Positions 1 to 10,359 of a stretch of 64,000 nt of DNA are shown here, piece by piece. The position numbers were made by a program, and so were the translations under genes. Under the pieces are notes generated by a model, which saw only the letters and a program-made list of their open reading frames with translations, was not told where the DNA came from and made no database searches. Within the stretch, counting starts at the first letter, position 1; every line of letters starts with the position of its first letter. Source of the DNA: a virus (taxonomy: Duplodnaviria > Caudoviricetes); the IMG/VR virus record IMGVR_UViG_3300044695_004869; one strand, written 5' to 3'.

Positions 1-2684
1 TGTACTGTTATATCAAGATTAGTAAAACAATCCAAATTGGCCTCTGTTGTACCACTTGCCCCTGTTGAAGTATATGTTATACCATTAATTATAATTGCTT
101 GAAGAACTGGGGTATATTGTCCGGCCGGTAAAGGTGGCGATCCTGCACCTGTTAATGGGTGTGTAACAGTGTATGGTGTGAAACCAGCAATCAAAGGTCC
201 AAATCCACTTACAAGTTGGATATTACCTAAAGAATCGTACCAATAAATAACATATGATGTAATAGAACCACAACCACCTGTTATACTACCCACAACTAAT
301 TGACCAACCGTATTTGAACTATATGTGTCAAACCCTAACCCACATGGTGGTCCACATAAATTATTTGTGTTGTTTGGTGATAGTGTAATTGTTGGAGTTG
401 GAGTATTAGTTGGTGTTTTTGTTGGGGTTGGGCTAACAATTTGAGTATTTGTTGGGGTTGGTGTTGGTGTTATAATAATATCTGAAATAAAATTATCCAC
501 AGGACAAATGTAAGTATTACAATCAGGGCAGTCAGGGTCGAACATATTGAATCTGTCTTTTAATATTTTGAAATTGTGTTTTACTTCAGACGCATCTAAT
601 GGATCAATATACATTCTGAATTGTGAAATGCCACCTTCAAAAGTACCACCAAAATTTTGTTCTAATAATATATTAGTTCTCATTCCTGCCAATGTTGTCC
701 CACTAAGAACATTCGGTGGGAATAATTCGGGGTCTTGAATATAATCAGTGTAAGGTAAAGTACAAGATGAGAAAACTAAATTTTCTCGTAACCCTTGAGT
801 TCCCCCACCCCAAGATATATTAAAAGGTACACCAATTTGTCTTTCTTTATCAGTATCTAATGGTCTTGGTATAATTTCCTCAAAGTTTTCAATCGTAAAG
901 AAAGGTTTTCCATTTACGTAGATTTTTAATCTACCCATTCTAAACTCTAAATCATTTAACCATTTTTGGTTAAGCTTTACTAATTCTATTTGTTCAGGAT
1001 CAATACTACAATTTTCGTGAGTGTACGGAGGTTTTATTAATTTTGTGGTATCATTTACTAATGAATCCAAATATTTTATTTCTGTTATATCTCCTAACCC
1101 TCCTCTCCATTGTAGATCACAAGTATCTAACCAAGTATAACGTCTCCAAACGACATCAACCATCAACCATTTTTCAACATCAAAAAATTCATTACATTTT
1201 GTTAAACAATAATCATATATCCCATTTGGAGAGCAATATGTGTCGATTGTGTATCCTGTCATATGTGTTATACCTGTTGTAGCACAACTTCCTGTTGTAA
1301 CACAGTCACCGGTAAATCTTAATGCTTTTACACATATTCTTGGGTTTCTTGGATCCCCTGAAAATTTAACAGAAAATGCGTTAGACAATGAATCCCATAA
1401 AGGATCTTTTTCACAAGTATCTTCTATTGAGGTATACCCTGTGGTTGCACAAGTAATACAATCGATACATTCATCACACGTATCACAATCAGGACATTCA
1501 TGTTCACATACCGGTGTGGTTTCACAATAAATAGGTGTAGGTGTTGGGGTAGGTGTTGGGGTAGGACTTGGTTCACATGGTTTACACAATAATGGTACAA
1601 TTGGCATTGGTGTTGGTGTAACACCTGTTATTAATGCACATGGGTGAGTTTTACATTCCCATCCACAAGTACCGCAAGGTTCCTCACCACAATCACAACC
1701 ACAATAACGTTTTTGTTCTTTACAAACGTCACATCCATAATTAAGGTGGTAATCATGAATTCCATCAACAGATCTTGGTGGATATACAAATATACATCTA
1801 CTATTTGTTACTCCTGTATTACAACAAGCACAAGTTACTAAACAATCTGCTAAATCAGAAGTAACTCTTGTATATCCCGTGAAACATTTTGGGTGACCAT
1901 CAGCGTGATGATAAAATTTATTTTCCGCTCTCGTACCTAAATAGAAAAAAGTATTTTTATTATCGGGATAAATTTCATTAAGTGTTGTTTCTCCCGTTGA
2001 AATAATTTTGTCGTTTAAAATTCTCGGTTTCAATAACATTTCAACTGACCAACCCTTGTTGGTTCTTTCAGGTAAAACTTCATAATCATAACCAAATAAT
2101 TTGTAAAACCCTTGATAAAACCCACCATATAACTTATGAAACTTTCCAACATTTGGTTCTGTTGCACTTTCTATTTCATATAATGTAGTTTTAGAGATAC
2201 CTGAAAATCTATTATATTGCGAAGTATATCCCGTAACTTGGAACATCTTCATTCTTCTATCAAAATAAGTTCTTTGGAATTTTTCAGTTTGATTAAATAA
2301 TCCATTAGTAAATGTGATTGTTTGACCAACTAAAGATGTTACCAAACCATTGTCCATTCCGACTAAACCTATATCACAAGCACTTTGAGCACTAAAACAA
2401 GTAAGATCTAAATTATCGGGGTTATAATAGTTTTCAGAAACAACTAAATTTCTAAAATCATATTGACCATAAGTGAGTGTTAAATTTTGTCTGGTGTTTG
2501 AACTATTTAAATCATAATAAACAGGTAATCTATTACCATATGTTTGTGCAATAAGATACGGGGAAAACACAACCTCTTGGTTGTAGTCCACCTCATCAGA
2601 CGCTAAAGACATATCTGACGAATCCAACGCAAAACTTATTTTTAGTTTCGAGTACACATATTGATTAATGTTCTGTTGTGCCAT
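1..2684 (-). CDS. Large Cys-rich, Pro-Thr-repeat virion structural protein (3' end runs off the window)
   Basis: ATG at 2684 (MAQQNINQYVYSKLKISFALDSSDMSLASDEVDYNQ...), preceded by TATTTATT. The same frame reads open at the left edge. It is absent from the ORF track, consistent with no stop in the window. Contains TPTPTPT tracts and CxxC clusters. Confidence 0.75.
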   Translation of the reverse strand, partial: MAQQNINQYVYSKLKISFALDSSDMSLASDEVDYNQEVVFSPYLIAQTYGNRLPVYYDLNSSNTRQNLTLTYGQYDFRNLVVSENYYNPDNLDLTCFSAQSACDIGLVGMDNGLVTSLVGQTITFTNGLFNQTEKFQRTYFDRRMKMFQVTGYTSQYNRFSGISKTTLYEIESATEPNVGKFHKLYGGFYQGFYKLFGYDYEVLPERTNKGWSVEMLLKPRILNDKIISTGETTLNEIYPDNKNTFFYLGTRAENKFYHHADGHPKCFTGYTRVTSDLADCLVTCACCNTGVTNSRCIFVYPPRSVDGIHDYHLNYGCDVCKEQKRYCGCDCGEEPCGTCGWECKTHPCALITGVTPTPMPIVPLLCKPCEPSPTPTPTPTPTPIYCETTPVCEHECPDCDTCDECIDCITCATTGYTSIEDTCEKDPLWDSLSNAFSVKFSGDPRNPRICVKALRFTGDCVTTGSCATTGITHMTGYTIDTYCSPNGIYDYCLTKCNEFFDVEKWLMVDVVWRRYTWLDTCDLQWRGGLGDITEIKYLDSLVNDTTKLIKPPYTHENCSIDPEQIELVKLNQKWLNDLEFRMGRLKIYVNGKPFFTIENFEEIIPRPLDTDKERQIGVPFNISWGGGTQGLRENLVFSSCTLPYTDYIQDPELFPPNVLSGTTLAGMRTNILLEQNFGGTFEGGISQFRMYIDPLDASEVKHNFKILKDRFNMFDPDCPDCNTYICPVDNFISDIIITPTPTPTNTQIVSPTPTKTPTNTPTPTITLSPNNTNNLCGPPCGLGFDTYSSNTVGQLVVGSITGGCGSITSYVIYWYDSLGNIQLVSGFGPLIAGFTPYTVTHPLTGAGSPPLPAGQYTPVLQAIIINGITYTSTGASGTTEANLDCFTNLDITV

Positions 2685-2734
2685 CTTTTTTTTAATAAAT
2701 ACAGCAAACGAAGTATTTATTGTAAAAAATACTT

Positions 2735-3694
2735 ATGATGAGTAAAATTACTGACGAACTTAAAAAATACAAAAACGCGGCAACTAGTGAGGCGAAAGAA
2801 ACTAGATTGTTGGTTAAGATATTGATGTCAGCGGCGAAAGAGTATAAAAAGGATAAAAAGTTTAAATTAGATAATGAGGATGTACAATTTATAAAAGATC
2901 AATCACAAGACCTTTTAAAATTAATTCCTTTAATTGTTATTCAAATTTTACCCGGTGCTACCATCGCCACTCCATTTATTGTTGAACTAAGTAAAAAATT
3001 AGGAATTAAATTAAATAGTAAAATTCCTGAAAAACACAAAGAAAAAAAATCGGGAGGTGAGATTGATGAATTAGTAAATTCTGATGGGTCTATGATTGGA
3101 AAATCAACACCAATGTTAGATTTAGGCATGCATCCAAGAAAAACAATGGACCAAACGGTTATTGCCACAAGACAAACAAATAACCCTGCCGTTAGAGGTT
3201 ATAGAGTTTACTATGGTGAATCTGAAGAAAAAGATGATGAAAAAATGTTAGATGAATATAATTTGAAACCTACGTTTGCTTATGATGAAACAGAAGATGT
3301 TTCAACATATGAGAAAGCGGATGAAGTATTAATTGATTTAGGGATAGAAGATGATTGTGAAAGACATGAAAGATTGGAAGTTTTAGGTTTTGATCCTGAG
3401 TTAGACGATCAACTAGAAGATGAAAAGGAACACGGTGAATGTGAAGATTGTTTCACTAAAAGAAGATTGGCCGAATTAGAAAAACAAAAGATGACCAAAA
3501 TGATTGATGAAATAATAGTTGGTAAAAAAAGTAACGATAATGATTTCGTAAAAAAAACAAAAGAAGAAGAGGATGAGGATAAATCTCCAATTAGTAAAAT
3601 ATTAATGAGAAACATTGAATCAATTAAAAAAATTGCAGAAAAAGAAGGTATATCATTGAATAAACTATTTAAACATTTTAGACAAAGTGAATAA
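2735..3694 (+). CDS. Hypothetical protein
   Basis: 319-aa ORF with TATTTATT at 2714; no recognisable family. Confidence 0.6.
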   Translation: MMSKITDELKKYKNAATSEAKETRLLVKILMSAAKEYKKDKKFKLDNEDVQFIKDQSQDLLKLIPLIVIQILPGATIATPFIVELSKKLGIKLNSKIPEKHKEKKSGGEIDELVNSDGSMIGKSTPMLDLGMHPRKTMDQTVIATRQTNNPAVRGYRVYYGESEEKDDEKMLDEYNLKPTFAYDETEDVSTYEKADEVLIDLGIEDDCERHERLEVLGFDPELDDQLEDEKEHGECEDCFTKRRLAELEKQKMTKMIDEIIVGKKSNDNDFVKKTKEEEDEDKSPISKILMRNIESIKKIAEKEGISLNKLFKHFRQSE

Positions 3695-4154
3695 GGAATT
3701 ATACGGTAAAATGATACCACTACCTAAAGAACTTTTAGAATATCTAGGACAATGTTTTGATCAGGTACCTAATTCTGACGCTTCAGTAGAAGGTCATAAA
3801 AGAAATGAATTTTTAAGAGATAGAGGACAAGCGTCTTTCCAACAATTAGAAAGAATTGAAAATTGGTTTAACTATTATGACGGAGAAAAAGAATCCGCAC
3901 CATATATTTTAAATGGTGGTGATTATATGAGAAGTTGGGTAACTCAAACAATAGATGGTTTAAGAAGAGGAACAACAACTCCCGAAATAACAAATGATGT
4001 TATGCCTGACGATGTTAATGACGATCTTATTGATGACATGGGATGGTTGTCAAATATGAATAGAGATGTGAAATCACATAAAGATGTGAATGATGATATA
4101 AAAATCACAGAAGCCTTAAGAAGGATAAACGACATAATGAAAAAAATAATTTAA
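3687..4154 (+). CDS. Hypothetical protein with scaffold-like C-terminal motif
   Basis: 155-aa ORF overlapping the upstream stop; ends ITEALRRINDIMKKII. Confidence 0.6.
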   Translation: MNKELYGKMIPLPKELLEYLGQCFDQVPNSDASVEGHKRNEFLRDRGQASFQQLERIENWFNYYDGEKESAPYILNGGDYMRSWVTQTIDGLRRGTTTPEITNDVMPDDVNDDLIDDMGWLSNMNRDVKSHKDVNDDIKITEALRRINDIMKKII

Positions 4155-4155
4155 T

Positions 4156-4443
4156 ATGCCAGTTACAGAACCACTTAATTTTAGTCAACCGGATAATGAG
4201 TTGTCTCAAATTGCCGTACAACAAAGATCAAAATTATTCCCAAAGAATGATTATAAAGATACGAATAAATACTCTTCAACTAACCCTGATGCAATTGCCG
4301 ATGGTGATGAATTAGGAAAAGGTACTGGTGTATTTTTAGATACCGTTAATGGAGGATCTTCAATAGATGCCCTTGAGAGAAAAAATGGTATTAAAGTAAA
4401 TGAATATCAAGCTAACAAACCATATACAACTCCTTCGGCGTAA
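4156..4443 (+). CDS. Hypothetical protein
   Basis: 95-aa ORF tightly packed between its neighbours. Confidence 0.6.
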   Translation: MPVTEPLNFSQPDNELSQIAVQQRSKLFPKNDYKDTNKYSSTNPDAIADGDELGKGTGVFLDTVNGGSSIDALERKNGIKVNEYQANKPYTTPSA

Positions 4444-5096
4444 TGAAACTTTACAATACTTTAAAAGATATTATTCTTGAGGTAGTTGCCGTTAATTCAG
4501 TTACAGACACAATTAAAAAGAAACAAAAAATTGTGGTGTACTATGATGGTGATGAACCAGGAGGTAAAGGTTTGCGTTTAATTGAACCTGTATGTTTTGG
4601 GTATAGTAAAGCCGATAACCCTGTTTTAAGGGCTTGGGATTTAGAAGGAGCGTCTCACACCGCATATAAAGGAGAACAACCTTTACCGGGATGGAGATTA
4701 TTTAGGTTAGATAAGATATTAACTTACAAACCATCAGGTGAAAATTTTGATTCACCAAGACCCGGATATAACCCAAGAGGTGACAGAAGTATGAACAGAG
4801 TTATTATTAACGCTGTTTTTGATGAAGGAGTGGAACCAACAATAGAAAGCTCAATAAATGATATTGTTGCTACTGTTGTTAATTCAATGATAAACAATAT
4901 TATTCAAAAAGAAGGAGAAGAATATTTGGTAAATGTTGATCTATCTAAGGCGGCAGAATCTTATAGACAAATTTATCAAGAATTAGAAAGAAGATTAAAT
5001 AGAAAATTAACACCCGAAGATAGAGATAACTTCAGAAGTCAAATACAAGATTTAATTCGTCAGTCACAAGATTTAGTAATAAATAATATAAAATAA
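4443..5096 (+). CDS. WYL-domain-like protein (no HTH)
   Basis: VYYDG...RLIEPVCFG...LRAW...WRLFRLDKI matches the WYL pattern Y..R.IEP..L...A....R.FRLDRI. Confidence 0.6.
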   Translation: MKLYNTLKDIILEVVAVNSVTDTIKKKQKIVVYYDGDEPGGKGLRLIEPVCFGYSKADNPVLRAWDLEGASHTAYKGEQPLPGWRLFRLDKILTYKPSGENFDSPRPGYNPRGDRSMNRVIINAVFDEGVEPTIESSINDIVATVVNSMINNIIQKEGEEYLVNVDLSKAAESYRQIYQELERRLNRKLTPEDRDNFRSQIQDLIRQSQDLVINNIK

Positions 5097-5099
5097 AAA

Positions 5100-5693
5100 A
5101 TGGGAGCAGAACAAGATTTAATACAAAAATTAATGATTTCTAAACAAATTATGGATAAACATAATGGTATGAGCAGAAATCAAACTCAAGGTAATGTATT
5201 GTCTTCACCTATGGTAGAAGAATTTTCACCAGTACAAGCCAATTATAATTTACCACCCGATTTGTTATCAGAAACAAATACGGCACCAACTAAAATTAAT
5301 ACAGAATTACCAACATCAGATAGAATTCTTAATTCAAGATTACCCGATGAAATTAAAAAATTAATGATGGAACATCCAATACAACAACCAAATATGGGTG
5401 TTTCCACGGGTTCTGTTTTATCTAATGAACTAGTTGAAAAGGCATCAAGATTAATGAATACAAATGCGAAGGGAGACACCATTCAACAACGTAAACCACA
5501 ACAACAAATTAACGAAAGTATCCCAACCAACAATAATTTAAAAAATATTATTAGAGAAACAATGGAAGAAGTTTTAAAAGAGAACGGTCTACTTGTTGAA
5601 TCAGAATCAAAAAGTAATGATCTTTTTAAATTCAGAGTTGGTGACCATATCTTTGAGGGTAAGATTGTTAGAGTTAAAAAAGTTTCCAAATAA
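5100..5693 (+). CDS. Hypothetical protein
   Basis: 197-aa ORF with I/L-x-E motifs near the C-terminus; followed by a terminator. Confidence 0.6.
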   Translation: MGAEQDLIQKLMISKQIMDKHNGMSRNQTQGNVLSSPMVEEFSPVQANYNLPPDLLSETNTAPTKINTELPTSDRILNSRLPDEIKKLMMEHPIQQPNMGVSTGSVLSNELVEKASRLMNTNAKGDTIQQRKPQQQINESIPTNNNLKNIIRETMEEVLKENGLLVESESKSNDLFKFRVGDHIFEGKIVRVKKVSK

Positions 5694-5716
5694 AACAATT
5701 CATAATTTAATTTATT

Positions 5717-5750
5717 TCCCCATTCTCTTTGAGTTTGGGGTTTTTTATTT
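5717..5750 (+). terminator. Intrinsic terminator candidate
   Basis: CCCC..GGGG imperfect hairpin followed by a T-run, downstream of the 5100-5693 gene. Confidence 0.5.
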
Positions 5751-5807
5751 TTGGGGTTGATATTAATCTATTAATTGATTATATTTCTAATAAATTTATA
5801 TTTTATT

Positions 5808-7022
5808 ATGACAAAAATTAATGTATTAGTTCTCCCAAGTGACAAATCTGGTGTAGGAAAGTTTAGGTCAGTTGACCCCCATGTTATGTTACAAAATATG
5901 TATCCTGAAGATTTTCATATAGACATTGACTACGAACCAAAAGTTATGGATCAAAACTATTGGAAAAAATATCAAATTGTACACGTACATAGAAATATTG
6001 GGCAGACGTATGAAGAGACACCAAAATTGATTGAGTGGTTAAAATCAAATGGTATTATAGTAATTGTTGATATTGATGATTATTGGTTACCGACAAAAGA
6101 ACACCCAATACACCAATTAATTATACAAAATAAAATTCATCAAAAAATTATGGATAATTTAAAGGTTGCATCTTATGTTACAACTACAACTAAATTATTT
6201 GCAGATGAGATTAGAAAATATAATAAAAATGTTGAGGTATTTGCTAACGCCATTAACCCGAAAGATCCACAGTTCAATGAACAAACATTATCATCTGACA
6301 AAATAAGAGTTGGTTGGTTAGGTGGGTCATCTCACCTTCACGATTTAAAATTGATGAGTGGGTTTGTTTCAAAATTATCTCCACTACAAGATAAATTACA
6401 ATATTATGTTTGTGGTTTTGATACAAGAGGTACGGTTACGGAAATTAATAAGGAAACAGGTCAACAGACACAAAGAGCAATTAAACCTGAGGAAACTGTT
6501 TGGGCAAGATATGAAGAAATTTTCACCGACAATTATAAAATTGTAACACCAAAATATAAGGAATTCTTAAGTAAGTTTGAAGAAAAAGAATTTTTTGGGT
6601 GGGAAAATGAAAACTATGTAAGAGTATGGACAAGACCTGTTACAACTTACGCAAAAAACTACGCTAAATTTGATATCTCATTGGCCCCAATCCAAAACCA
6701 CATATTCAATAGAATGAAATCTCAATTAAAAGTTATTGAGGCAGGATTCTATAAGAAAGCATTAATTGCTTCTAATGTGGGTCCATATACGATTGATTTG
6801 AAACACGCATTACACCAAGGTCAATTTACGGATGGAAATGCATTATTAGTAAATGAATCAAACAACCATAGTGATTGGGCAAAAAATATAAAAAAATTAG
6901 TAGAAAACCCAAGTATGATAGTTGATTTGGGTGAACGATTATATGAAACAGTTAAAGATAGATACGATCTTAATAACGTAACAAAAGAAAGAGCAGAATT
7001 TTACAAATCCTTAATTAAATAA
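5808..7022 (+). CDS. GT-B (GT4-like) glycosyltransferase
   Basis: DIDDYW, RVGWLGGSSH, FDISLAP..N..N..KS.LK.IEAG motifs. Start moved to ATG 5808. Confidence 0.75.
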   Translation: MTKINVLVLPSDKSGVGKFRSVDPHVMLQNMYPEDFHIDIDYEPKVMDQNYWKKYQIVHVHRNIGQTYEETPKLIEWLKSNGIIVIVDIDDYWLPTKEHPIHQLIIQNKIHQKIMDNLKVASYVTTTTKLFADEIRKYNKNVEVFANAINPKDPQFNEQTLSSDKIRVGWLGGSSHLHDLKLMSGFVSKLSPLQDKLQYYVCGFDTRGTVTEINKETGQQTQRAIKPEETVWARYEEIFTDNYKIVTPKYKEFLSKFEEKEFFGWENENYVRVWTRPVTTYAKNYAKFDISLAPIQNHIFNRMKSQLKVIEAGFYKKALIASNVGPYTIDLKHALHQGQFTDGNALLVNESNNHSDWAKNIKKLVENPSMIVDLGERLYETVKDRYDLNNVTKERAEFYKSLIK

Positions 7023-7025
7023 AAA

Positions 7026-7745
7026 ATGATTAACGTACCAATTACAAAAATTTTATTCCTTGATATTGAAACAGTTGGAATATCAAAAGATTATGACACT
7101 TGTGTAAAAGAATATCCAAGATTAGGTGAACAATTTGACAAATACTTTGATTGGTTCTTAAAAAGATTTCCGGAAGACCAATTGATTGGTAAGAATGAAA
7201 ACGAAAGAAAGAATTTAATCTTCTCAACAAGAACCGCATTGGTCCCTGAATTTGCTAAAATTGTTTGTGTGAGTGTTGCTTTCGTAACAGATAAGAATGA
7301 AGTTAAAAAACAAACATTCTCAAACGATAATGAAGAAACACTTTTAAGTGAACTTCAAACATTGTTAAATCGTTGTGGTAAATTAGATTTCCATTTATGT
7401 GGTCATAACTTAAAGAATTTTGATATTCCAATGATTGCTAAACGTATGATTATTAATGGATTAAAACCATCATCAATTTTACCATCATATGATACTAAAC
7501 CTTGGGAGATCAAAGCAATTGATACTAAAGATGTTTGGCAATATGGTGCATATACCGCAATCGGATCATTGGACTTAATGTGTTCGGCGTTAGATATTCC
7601 AACACCAAAAGGTGGGGAAGTAACGGGAGATAAAGTTCATGATTGTTATTGGAACAAAGGTATGTTAAAAGAAATTGGGGAATACTGTGAACGAGATGTT
7701 GAGGTTCTGATTGATGCAATCATAAAATTAAAACAATTAAAATAA
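7026..7745 (+). CDS. 3'-5' exonuclease, PolB-exonuclease-like DEDDy family
   Basis: ExoI FLDIETV, ExoII GHNLKNFDIP, ExoIII YCERDV. Confidence 0.8.
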   Translation: MINVPITKILFLDIETVGISKDYDTCVKEYPRLGEQFDKYFDWFLKRFPEDQLIGKNENERKNLIFSTRTALVPEFAKIVCVSVAFVTDKNEVKKQTFSNDNEETLLSELQTLLNRCGKLDFHLCGHNLKNFDIPMIAKRMIINGLKPSSILPSYDTKPWEIKAIDTKDVWQYGAYTAIGSLDLMCSALDIPTPKGGEVTGDKVHDCYWNKGMLKEIGEYCERDVEVLIDAIIKLKQLK

Positions 7746-8353
7746 TGAACGATAATAAAGTTGATGAGTTTGAGGAAATGCTCAAACGAGTTAGTACTCT
7801 TGAGGCAGCGTTAGATGATGATGGTGAAATAGAAATTGATTATGATTCCATAATCCAAGAATTTGGTTTAGATGTTGAGGAATTGGAAAGAGCAATGGAA
7901 TCCATGCAACCCACAATTAAATTACATTATAGTAAATCTAATTCAGGATCAACATCCCCATCATACGCATACCAAACAGATTCGGGAATGGATTTATTTT
8001 CTACCGAATCAATCACATTAAAACCTTTTGGTAGAGGTTTGATCCCAACGGGAATACATTTTGATATACCTGAAAATTATGAAATACAAGTTAGATCAAA
8101 AAGTGGTTTGGCATTAAATCAAGGATTGATGGTTTTAAATTCTCCCGGCACTGTAGATCAAGGATATACTGGTGAAATAAAAGTTATAATGTTTAACACG
8201 ACTAGTAATCCCGTAGAAATTAAACAAGGTCAGAAAATTGCTCAAGCAGTTATGACACCTGTAGTTTGTGGTAAATGGATTGAATTAACTGAAGTGGATA
8301 ATGTTACCTCGAAAGATAGAGAGGATAAAGGGTTTGGAAGTACAGGAATATGA
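7745..8353 (+). CDS. dut: Trimeric dUTPase
   Basis: DSGMDL, QVRSKSGLA, PGTVDQGYTGEI and REDKGFGSTG motifs. Confidence 0.92.
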   Translation: MNDNKVDEFEEMLKRVSTLEAALDDDGEIEIDYDSIIQEFGLDVEELERAMESMQPTIKLHYSKSNSGSTSPSYAYQTDSGMDLFSTESITLKPFGRGLIPTGIHFDIPENYEIQVRSKSGLALNQGLMVLNSPGTVDQGYTGEIKVIMFNTTSNPVEIKQGQKIAQAVMTPVVCGKWIELTEVDNVTSKDREDKGFGSTGI

Positions 8354-9741
8354 TTACGATTGGATATAGTACAAAATCAACAAAACCAAATTTTATAAGT
8401 CACATAAAAGAAACTTGTGGTTTAGACAATGTCCAAATCATTGAGAAAATTAATAATGGTGATAAATGTTTATCTGCAACTTATAATGAAATTTTGTCCG
8501 AAAGTTTAAATGATATTGTTGTTTTATGTCATGACGATATAATATTTGAAAAACCATATTGGGCAAAAAGAGTTATTGAACATTTCACAAAGAGACCTGA
8601 ATTTGGGGTTCTTGGAGTTGCGGGAACAAGATACTATCCTTCTACTGGTATGTGGTGGGAAATTACTTCTGAAATGGTTGGTCAGGTTTACCACAAACAT
8701 AATGGTAAAAAATGGTTATCATCATATAACGATCCTTTTGGAAACAAAGTTATTGACACCGTTATTATTGATGGTGTTTTTATGATGATAAATAAGAAAA
8801 AAATATTTACAACATTCAATGAAGAAGTTGAGGGGTTTCACTTTTATGATACCACATTTTCATTTGAAAATCATATTAACGGAGTTAAGGTTGGTGTAGT
8901 TTCAAATATCCCAATTACTCACCTATCAATAGGTATGACGAACGATCAATGGAATAAAAATAGAGAAAAGTTTATTGAAAATTATAAGGATCACTTACCT
9001 AATATTTTAGAGAATAACCTACCGGTTAATCCCCAAAACAAAAAACTTCCTTTGGTCTCTGTAATTATGCCAGTTTATAATTATGGAAAAATGTTTCAAA
9101 AATCTATTGAGTCGGTATTCAACTCAACTTATAAAAACTTTGAACTAATCATTGTTAATGATGGGTCTACAGATGAATATATTATAAATAAATTAAATTC
9201 TCTATCTAACCACCCTAATATAAAAATTATTAATCAAGAAAATGGTGGTCCGGCAAACGCAAGAAATAACGGAATAAAAAATTCAAATGGAGAATATATT
9301 TTACCATTAGATTCTGATGACATGATCTCCGCAGAATATATTCAAACTTGTGTTAATATTATTAGAAAAGATAAAAAAATTAGTCCTGTATATTGTGATA
9401 CAAATCATGTTGGTCAAATAAGTGGGGTTGAGAATAGACCTGAATGGTCAAAAGAAAGATTAATACAAGGTCCATTTATTGTTAATTGTTCAATGTTTAC
9501 AAGAGAATCTTTTGAAATGTGTGGAGGATATGATGAGGAAATGAAAGGATGGGAAGATTATGATTTATGGGTTAGAATGATGAATAATGGTTTTGTTGGT
9601 AAAAGAATACCAAAACCATTGTTTACCTACTATCACCACGAAAAAGATGGGACCGTGTCAACAGAAGCAAATAAAAATACGAAAGAATTATATGAATATA
9701 TAATGTCTAAAAATAATATATTTAAAAATGAAAATAACTGA
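8350..9741 (+). CDS. Two-domain GT-A glycosyltransferase (GT2-like fusion)
   Basis: N-terminal LCHDDI and FHFYD; C-terminal SVIMPVYN, IVNDGSTD, ARNNG, LDSDD and EDYDLW. Confidence 0.85.
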   Translation: MITIGYSTKSTKPNFISHIKETCGLDNVQIIEKINNGDKCLSATYNEILSESLNDIVVLCHDDIIFEKPYWAKRVIEHFTKRPEFGVLGVAGTRYYPSTGMWWEITSEMVGQVYHKHNGKKWLSSYNDPFGNKVIDTVIIDGVFMMINKKKIFTTFNEEVEGFHFYDTTFSFENHINGVKVGVVSNIPITHLSIGMTNDQWNKNREKFIENYKDHLPNILENNLPVNPQNKKLPLVSVIMPVYNYGKMFQKSIESVFNSTYKNFELIIVNDGSTDEYIINKLNSLSNHPNIKIINQENGGPANARNNGIKNSNGEYILPLDSDDMISAEYIQTCVNIIRKDKKISPVYCDTNHVGQISGVENRPEWSKERLIQGPFIVNCSMFTRESFEMCGGYDEEMKGWEDYDLWVRMMNNGFVGKRIPKPLFTYYHHEKDGTVSTEANKNTKELYEYIMSKNNIFKNENN

Positions 9742-10357
9742 TTTTTTTGATAAAACATTTTGCATTAATTTAGAAAGAAGATCTGATAGATGGGAAGAAT
9801 GTCTTATAGAGTTTAATAAATACGGATTAACAAATATTAATCAATTTAATGCTGTTGACGGTAAAGAATTACCACAGGTCATATCAGGGTTTGTTACACC
9901 ATCAAGATTGGCATTAGTTTTAACTAATATGAAAATACTAGAAGAAGCGTTAGAAAATAATTATAAATCAATATTAATTTTAGAAGATGATGTTGAATTT
10001 AACCATCAAGTTATTGATATGGAAGATTATTTTAAAATGTTACCCGATGATTGGGATATGTTATATTTTGGGGGCAACCATAATACTCACATGAATGTAA
10101 AACCCCCAATTATAGTTAATGAAAAAGTTTGTAAATTACATAAAACATATAGTACTCATTGTGTTGCAATTAATGGTAAATCAATTAGTAAAGTGTATGA
10201 TAGAATAAAAAAACGTGATAATGCTCTTGATGTTATTTATGTTGAGTTACAAAATACGTTAAACGTCTATTCATTTTATCCTATGATTGCAACTCAGAGA
10301 GTTAGTTTTAGTGATATTGAAAATAGAGTAACTGATTATAAATGGTTAATAAAATAA
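9728..10357 (+). CDS. GT25-family glycosyltransferase
   Basis: CINLERRSDRW, AVDG, ILEDDV and DWDMLYFG motifs. Confidence 0.75.
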   Translation: MKITDFFDKTFCINLERRSDRWEECLIEFNKYGLTNINQFNAVDGKELPQVISGFVTPSRLALVLTNMKILEEALENNYKSILILEDDVEFNHQVIDMEDYFKMLPDDWDMLYFGGNHNTHMNVKPPIIVNEKVCKLHKTYSTHCVAINGKSISKVYDRIKKRDNALDVIYVELQNTLNVYSFYPMIATQRVSFSDIENRVTDYKWLIK

Positions 10358-10359
10358 TT

